From NCBI GenBank assembly GCA_050084515.1, contig CM114271.1, positions 744,001-808,000 on the forward strand: a stretch of DNA of 64,000 bases, written 5' to 3'. The notes under the pieces are model-generated. The model saw only the letters and a list, made by a program, of their open reading frames with translations, was not told where the DNA came from and searched no databases. The DNA is from Blasia pusilla (Eukaryota). Shown here in pieces: positions 55,871 through 64,000 of the stretch. Numbering within the stretch: the first letter of the stretch is position 1; each line of letters opens with the position of its first letter. The position numbers were made by a program, and so were the translations under genes.

Positions 55871-56712
55871 AAAAATCTCCCTATCCGAGAGTTCTTGGTC
55901 ACCCACACTTGTCTCAACTGAGTTTTCTCAGCTCCAAAACGGATAGCTCTTGAGCTTCTCGTTTTGGTATTCCCAGAAGGCTTCAAAGTCCCTGCTCCTT
56001 GCTAGTTTCTACTCATAAATATGTGGGTGTGCTGGCTTGACATATTTCCAGATCTTTTAATATGTCTCTCTATAAAATTGTTACATCCTCTTGTTCCATA
56101 AAAAAGCAAGCTAGTGTTCGGTCTAATATCGTCACCCGGGTTTTATTTGTTGAGGATGATCTCTGACACCCCCTAATCCTTCCGCAAGTGTGGAAGGATG
56201 AGGGGGGTGTCAAAGATTCACCTCTTACAGTCAAACGTCCAAGTCCATGTTGTACCACCAATAACATAATCTCCAACTGGGCATGCATTGGAGCCACAAC
56301 AATAGCATGCGTTTGGTGCACATAATCATTCTTCCTATTGGAGTACTTCTAGTTACTCCCAACACTCAGGCTACAACAATTCCAAACAAGCATGAAACAA
56401 AACAGATATATATCTCAGAGTTTTTTTTTCCACAAGGTTTAAAGTTTCTCAATTGTAACTAACATAAACACATCCAAATACCAAAAACTTACCTTCACTC
56501 TGCAAACATCATCCTAAGTGACATGTCGGAGTTACCTGATGACAATTTTCCCCAATTCATCATACCTAATGATGCATAGTTAAGGTATGGTGAAAATTTG
56601 GCCCTTGAACAATAACACAAGGAGAGTAGTATAACTAATCATGGAATGAGCCATCTTATTGATGAGCAAAAAACATGGGCACATGCCTTTTGCGATAGGA
56701 AAAAAATAGCAA

Positions 56713-56963
56713 TCAATATTATTAAAAGAGGACGGGGTTTAGGAAACCCCTCCTCTGGTATCGACACATAGGCTTTTTCAAGCCTTCCCGTGTCGACACG
56801 TGGACAAGAAGACTTAATTAAGATGCACGGGTGAACAAACACGTAAGTAATTACAATAAAGTAGTATTTATTAATTCATATTCTTCCTCTCTAATAGCAC
56901 AATATTTTTAGTTCGTATCGGTTGGGAGGTTCTTCACCTATGTGGAGCACGGGCACCAACTAG
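56713..56963 (+). mobile_element. Short non-autonomous Helitron (251 bp)
   Basis: A|TCAATATTATTAAAAG 5' end. 3' end is gtggagcacgggcaccaaCTAG|T, with no TSD. Confidence 0.75.
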
Positions 56964-59581
56964 TTGCATATGGTAAGTACATCATATCATTCTATATTTC
57001 TTTATATTTTCCTCACGATCCAATCTTCCTAGTATATTCACATGCCAAATACTACTCCACTTTCTGCAACTTATCTATTGCATGCATGGTTTTGTTATTA
57101 ACACGACAGACGTCGAAAAGGAAGCTCTGATCCACAATGACATTGACTATAAGAATCAGGAGTTAACAAGGGATGCAACCAACAAGCAATGTTCTCTACT
57201 CACAAGAGGCATACGCCTTCAAAAATTCCGTGAGCTTAGGGTCATAATGCGCATGCCGCTTACTATGCTTATGAAGCTATCCTGTGCTAAAGGTATTCAT
57301 CTACTTTCATGCATGAAATCTTCCAGAGAGAGTGATGACATCAAGTCCTCTCCAAATACCCCTATTTATGGCAACTCCAATCATAGCACATACTCTCGTA
57401 GTAGAAGTGGTCGGAGTGGTCTAGTTCCTTCCCATCCAGACTATAGGGTGAGACATGGAACTTCAATCTCATCTCCCATCCACCTCAATAACAAAAATCC
57501 TACATATGAGTTAATGCAACTTCCAGAATCATCGAATGAGAAGAAGTATCACTCTTTTTTAGCTGTGTATGCCATTTTTTATGCCCTTGCACTATAACTT
57601 GTGCACTATTTAAGTCCATTTTTTGCTACATATCTCATAAGTAACTATGTCAAAAATCAGAATGCTAAAGTAGTTTCCTTTTGTTGATAATGAAGATCTG
57701 ATGCAATGCTCTTTCCATCAAATGCATTAATGTTATACCATGTTCCCGTTCTATTACCATTGATGTGATGTTGGCCTTGATTTGAGCCAGTATTTTGTGG
57801 TGGCATTTTCACTCCTAGAGGTGTCTGCTTATTTCAATGTTGATACATTTTTGAGCTTGGAGCTGCGTGGTTAACACTAAAGCTACTAGACATTGATATT
57901 GACTTATCTAATGTATCTTTTTGGATTTCATCCTCCATAGGAATGTAAATGTTGGTTAAAGTGTGTTTGTAGATGTCGCATAGCAATTACCTAAAATTGA
58001 TCATCTGCTACATGCAATTATGTTGTATTTGCGGCTTAGTTTTGCGAAGTTTTTCAATAGGACATTATCTCCATGTCCTTATAGCCAACTTGTAACTTTA
58101 GGTCTCATATATTCTTTAATTTCATTTTCCTATATCATCATTATGCAGATGGATGTATATGCTTTCATGATAATTTGGTTGTTTGCAAATACCTTTTGTC
58201 AATTTTCTATTTTTCACCATAAACTTTAAATGACGAGGAGTCTTTTATAGGATTTTATATTCTTTCCAATCCTGGATACCTTAGATACCTACTTGGGCAT
58301 CTCAATCTACATATACTACTCTTGACTACCTCATACTTCAACTTCTCTCAATGTTATTTGTCCATTGTAGTTGCTTTGGCATAGTTTTCCACCTATGTTA
58401 ATCATACCCGACGTGGGTCCAAATGCATGTTCATCACCACAGTTGCATACATATTACATTATTGGCTTTGCACAACATTATTCAAGTTCATATCCTTTGA
58501 TTTGTGTATCCCGATTGCAATTTCGTCCCTTCCACTTACTAGATTTGAAAGTTCCATAGTGCATGAAATCCAAGAGCGTTGCAACAACATTGCTATGCTT
58601 TCAAAACATAGGAGGAGGCATTTTATAGCGGCGAAATATCATTGTGAAGTGTAATTTCCTCCACCAAGAAATGCAACTTGCAAAAATGCCTTAGTCCTAA
58701 TGCATGTCTATGATGCAACAGTTGCCAATATAAAGGCTCCGAGTTCAAAGTACGATGAATCTGATCGTCAAGTCTCCCTACTCAATGACGTCGCAACCTA
58801 TCTAGAGGAGGATATTCTAATGAATAATGTATAGATTAAAGACTAAACAGACACTTTGGCTACTACAAAATAGGAATTCCTTGCATTTGTTGCAACTATG
58901 TGACCCATCATTGGAAGACATTTTTGGATTCAACAAGTTTGTAAAAGCTATGATAATAATATTAAACATGTCAAATGTAGCAAGTCTAACTTGAAAGGGA
59001 ATTCCCAATCTTGTGACAAGCCATCCCTCATCGACATCTATCCTTTGTGGTATTTTATACATGCAAAATTTTTTGTCTACCCATGTCAATCTTCATTTTG
59101 TTACACGGCAACATCTACTCACCTCCTATCAAGAATAACTCTTTTTTGATTAATTACCACTTCTTTATTTTCAACAGAAATGAGTTTCAAAGCGTGCAAT
59201 ATGTAAATGCTTTTTAGATAGTGCATACTATTTCTATTCTCTCAATTTTCACTGTTGGAATTTACATTCCATATGTCATATTTCCAACATTTCCATTGTT
59301 TCAATTTGGCTATACTTCGGAGTTTTATAGAAATCACTCGCCATGCTACCTTGGAGGTCTTCATACTCTTACATTATAGACCATAATAAGTAGTTTATTA
59401 TTAAACACCAGTTGCTCTTTTAGTTCTTTTGTTTCGTGCCTCAACCAAATCATAAGAGGGCTATCTGTAAAATTGGTTGCGTCCTCCATGCCCATTTACT
59501 AACTCTAAATTGCCAAAACCATTCCCACAATTTTAGCCTGCCACATATCTCTCATATCCAATTTCTAAGCATGGGCTCCTA

Positions 59582-60224
59582 TGTCGTGCGCATACACATC
59601 GCTACATAATATACATCGTTGTCACCGAACACACACACAAACACGCACGATCTCATGCTAACTCATGACATCCAAACAACGAGACAAGAAATACCAAAAT
59701 ATCTCCAATAAAATAAGATCCAATCTCTTTCACAACACCATAGTTCTCACATGTGTACACTCTCACATGTCTCTCTCAATATCAAACCAAACCCACTCTC
59801 CTAATGAGAGGCTTGGATAAGACACTCAAGGTAAGCAAGACCATAGCTCCGCCGCCTCAAGCCAAGAGGTTCAACAAAGAAAGAATGAGCTCTCAAACTC
59901 TCTCTCCTTGAGGTATACCCCTTCCCTCTCCCAAACTCGCTCCTCGATAACCTATGCTCACAAGTCACGTCCTTGGCTCTTGATCTGCTGTAGCAAGTCA
60001 AGGGCCACTTCCCAAAGTGAAAAGTCAACTCTAAAAAAATGGAAACTTACCAAAAATAATCAGTTTCTCTATATGGCTCCAAATGAGCTGAAACGGAGGA
60101 AAAACTTGCTCTCTCAAGTTTCCCAGAACCTCAACAAGTCATCCTTAACCTCTTGAGCCTGTCCTCCTCTACTCGTGAAGGAGCTCTACCAGATCTCTCC
60201 GATCTATCCTAAAAAGTCGTGACA
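59582..60224 (-). mobile_element. Chimeric LTR-like unit: ~126 bp copy of the 60227 LTR end fused to ~510 bp related to 54414-54922
   Basis: 59582-59708 is about equal to 60227-60353; 59714-60224 is about equal to 54414-54922; the unit is bounded by TG...CA. Confidence 0.7.
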
Positions 60225-60534
60225 ATTGTCATGCGCATACACATCGCTACATAACATACATCGTTGTCACCGAACACACACACAAACATGCATGATCCCA
60301 TGCTAACTCATGGCATCCAAACAACGAGACAAGAAGTACCAAAATATCTCCAATCTTCCTCCTAGTTGGTGGTTAGGTCCCTCTAACTCCAGATAACCAT
60401 CTATCCCTACCTACCATGACATACATCTCTCGGACGCTAAGTGCAAGAAATTTGGGTGCTCATGTGGCCCCATTGTTAGTCGCCTTCTTGTCATCCATGT
60501 CACAGACACAAGTCGGAATGTAGAACTACCTACT

Positions 60535-60675
60535 CTATATATATTTGGGACACATCAATCGTCCATGAGAAACCCTAGTGAGAGGTGGTGTCAAGCATGC
60601 CATATGCTATCCTCTCAAACATCCATCACAGACTAGCATAGTGGTTGCACCACGGGCAGAACCACACAACATACA
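60535..60675 (-). pseudogene. PHD finger at the integrase C-terminus
   Basis: CMLCGSARGATTMLVCDGCLRG*HMACLTPPLTRVSHGRLMCPKY shows the C4-H-C3 spacing, with one in-frame TAG (probably TGG originally) and the last Cys changed to Tyr. Confidence 0.88.
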
Positions 60676-63279
60676 TCGCAAGTCTGTAGGAACTACTGCT
60701 AAGTTGAGATCAAATGTATCATCAATGTTCGGAAGGTGACACGGCACACAGTTATGCACATGGTCCTTCCAAATCATACGATCGCATCCCTCCAATAAAA
60801 GAACACCTGATGGCAAAATCTCACGCACTCTCAAGATGGTGCGACCTACAGTCACATCCAATGTCGTGGGTGCCGTCTGCTGCAAGTAGATATAGTCTCC
60901 CTGATGAAAGGTTTGGATAGTAGGTCAATAACCGCCCCCCCAAATAGTCGCAACCTCACGTTGTAACCTGGTCTGTCAACACCTCACGTTGTAACCTGGT
61001 CTGTCAACACCTCAACTGCTGCACTGTAATGACTCTACACTCGATCTAGGAAGGTATATGCTACTCCCTCACTCGCTTTGTGAGGAAATGCAACCAACTC
61101 TATCCACTTCAAGAAGTGCTCGACCATCACCAACAAATAACGATTATGGCGCTCTGTCAAAGGCAAAGGTCTTGCAAAATCCAAACTCCATCTATAACCT
61201 AAATCCATGATTGGAAGTGGATGCAACTGTGAAGTCGGTGCTCGAACTCGATCACATACCTCGCATCTGGCAACAAATTGTTGAATGTCAATATGCATAT
61301 CTCGCCACCAATACTGAATTTGGAGCAAGATGTACTTCCGCTTCACTCCAAAATGACCCAGATCCTCATGGGCATGACGCACCAAACGTGCTCTCTACGG
61401 AGGATGAGACACTACACGCACTCTACCATCCTCCCATACTCGCAACACATGTGTCCCCTCTCACCATAACCGTCTGGCTCACTGTAGGATCCGATCCTGC
61501 TCTCTAGCACCCATTGTGCTCGTGACGCTGCCAATACGCAGGTAGTCCAAGACCAATCCATCGTCGTGAACGTCTCGTCCATCTGTCATCTCCTCACCGA
61601 CATTTGCATCTAAGGACTCTCCATCAAACCTCGCCATCGAAGTCTCAAAAATCTGGCTCTCCATAGCCAACAAGCCCAAATAGGCTCACTCATGCCATCC
61701 TTGCACCCACTCCTCATCACTCTCACCATACCAACGAGCTCCAGTCGCATCTTGCTAACTCGAGCATGGGTTACGGCTCAAACCATCTGCATCTTGGTTG
61801 AGCGTCCCAGATCTATGCATCATCTGGAAGTCATACTCGTGCAACAAAAGAGCCCACCTCGCAAGCTTCCATGTAAGCTTGTCGGACTCCATCAACCACC
61901 TAAGTGGATGATGATTAGTAATGATGGTAAAGTGATTTCCGAATAGATAACATCTGAAATGTGCAACAACCCACACTGTAGCCAAGCACTCACCCTCATA
62001 CGAGCTATACTTTGCCTCTGTAGAGTTGTTCGAGCCACTAGCATAAGCCACCACAAACTCTCTACCATCATCTTCATGCTGGGTGAGCATGGCTTGAAGC
62101 CCCAACATGCTCCAATCGGTATGCAACTAGAAAGGACGCCCCCTGATCCGTCTCCTCAATATGGGCGCAAACATCAATCTATCCTTGAGCATCTGAAATG
62201 CTCTCTCTTGTTCATCCCCCCAGTGCCACCCTTGATCCACCTTGGTCAGCAAGGTCAGCGGCTTTGCAATCAAGCTAAAATCCTTGACGTACCGTCGATA
62301 GAAGTTCGCCAATCCCGTGAATGCACGAACTCGACTCACATCTGTATGGCGTGGAATGCGTGGAATGCGTGAAATAGCCTCTGCCTTTATCTGTTGCACA
62401 CCAAGGCCCCCTAGGTATATCGTATGACCCACGTACTCAATCTGGTTGTAGAAGAACTTGCACTTGCGTGGATGTAGCTTCAGCCCATGTAATTGCAATC
62501 GTCAAAACATCTCCTCTAGATGTTTCTCATGCTCCTCAACCGTGGCGCTAAAGACTATGATATCATCAATATAATACCTAGCAAAATCCACACCTGCCAA
62601 GATCCTATCCATGACCCTCTGAAACTCAGCCAGGGCGTTCTTTAACCTAAATGGTAAGAATCGCCATAGGTACAAGCAATCCTTCCCGTGAGGATCGATG
62701 CCCCAAAATGCCGTCTTTTGCCTTTCCTCCAATTTGATAGGCAATTGATGGTATCCGGCTTGAAGATATAATGAAGTGAAGACCTTTGCATGCTTGTAGG
62801 ATCGTCGGAAGAGCGGTGTATCACTCGACAACTCAATGCGGATCCCTGGACCCTTCAGTGTACCAAAATCATGCATACTTAATGCAAAACATCTCCTATA
62901 ACTCCTAAGGAACTAGTGTATCCGGCGCCGCTCTCCTCTTGTCAACTTAGGGCCAATATCTGGCTCCCAAGTCTCCATCGTGACTATGGTAGGACTCTCC
63001 GGTGCGGATGTCAATGGTTGTTATGGTGCAACCCCGTCTCGGATAATAGAACTCTTATCTCCACGCGCAGTACCCGAAACCATGCTTGATGCTGTGGCTA
63101 TCATCTCCTGGCGTATCTGCAAAACATCCGAAGAAGTCCAAGGGTACCTCTCCTGATCACCCCTGGTGTGTCGATCTCCTCGAGTCTTGCCCCCGGCCAT
63201 TGCCTCAACTATCTCGGTAGGCATGGGCTCACCAACGCAACAGTTGTGATCTATCTCATCCTCAAACGACCTTGCTCAA

Positions 63280-64000
63280 CTACTCCTAAGTTGAGAATCC
63301 ATGTTAAGCAGTTCATGTCCATCGCCTGATCCAAGACATGATGTCATGATGCCTTTGATAGTGACGGTACTTCCATCACTCCTAGGGTAATTCCATCGCT
63401 TGCTCTCGCTCATCGGCGTTGGGCTCCACCAACCTCTGTACTTGGTCATCCCAAACTAAGCCAGGTCCGGCCTCCTTGTATGCAAAGGAAGCAAGAAAAC
63501 TCAAAAATGTGGGAATGGTTTCCCGTGGCATGCCAATCTTGTTGACCACAGTCAACGATGGTCGATCAACGTGCCTCATTGCCTGTGATCGACGACCTGG
63601 ATCCACAATAGAATCCACCAAAAAATCTAAGGGGCGCTCCACTCTTGCATATGCCCTCCGAAATACCTCGTGTGATACCAAGTTTGTCCACCAAAGACAC
63701 GGACGATATGCTCGTGAACCCATACTCGCCGCATCCAACAAAACTGCCGGGCCGATCCATGCGCGCACCTGATGTGCATTCGTCACCACACAGGACCTCG
63801 AATCATCCAAAATTGGTACATTCTCCAGAATGTATGCTCGAGGACGAGATTGATGCTCTTGCAAGTGTTGCAAGATCCACATCATCTCCCAAAACAACAT
63901 GGACCGAGAGTCAGCTAATCCGCTACCTCGTCCAGCACTTGACAGGCCCTAACATGGCCAACCAGCAATGACCACGACTATGGCCCCTACCAGTTCCAAG
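63280..64000 (-). pseudogene. C5 cytosine-specific DNA methyltransferase domain encoded inside the retrotransposon
   Basis: Motif IV VVIAGWPC*GLSSAGRGSGLADSRSMLFW (stop at 63951-63949), motif VI YILENV, motif VIII DAASMGSRAYRPCLWWTNL, motif IX-like EPNADEREQAM. After a frameshift comes motif X-like VLDQAMDMNCLTWI. Motif I would lie beyond 64000. Confidence 0.9.

Larger units (their letters stand above)
60227..64000 (-). mobile_element. Decayed Ty3/Gypsy LTR retrotransposon: C5-DNMT - RT - RNase H - integrase - PHD - 3' LTR; continues beyond the window
   Basis: RT (AGYHQL..KTAFWG..LPFRLKNALAEFQRVMD..YIDDIIVFS) at 62502-62876. LKLHPRKC/FTGLANFYRRYV at 62127-62498. RNase H (HTDWS..YSSYEGECLA..NHHPLRWL..ARWALLL) at 61755-62126. 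Integrase HHCC plus first D at 61035-61385. Candidate LTR 60227-60421 with TGTCATG...CATGACA ends. Confidence 0.93.

Overview
Eukaryotic land-plant nuclear DNA, probably a bryophyte or other non-seed plant; this is inferred from gene style and the species cannot be called. Four intact spliced genes can be rebuilt exon by exon. They are a choline-transporter-like (CTL/PNS1) gene with a ~580 aa Pro/Tyr/Arg repeat N-terminus (+, ~8.0-15.0 kb), a conserved plastid-targeted protein of unknown function (-, 17.0-20.0 kb), a plastid TPR protein resembling Arabidopsis At5g53080/WTG1 (-, 23.7-29.1 kb), and a three-finger RanBP2 zinc-finger protein resembling At1g67325 (-, 38.7-42.4 kb). The flanks are decayed transposons: a Gypsy integrase remnant, non-autonomous Helitrons, a Helitron Rep/helicase relic, a CACTA 3' end, a gag relic and LTRs. 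The most notable element is at the right edge (60.2-64.0 kb, -). It is a decayed Ty3/Gypsy retrotransposon whose pol region carries a C5 cytosine DNA methyltransferase upstream of RT-RNase H-integrase and ends in a PHD finger rather than a chromodomain. All calls are by eye; no database searches were run.
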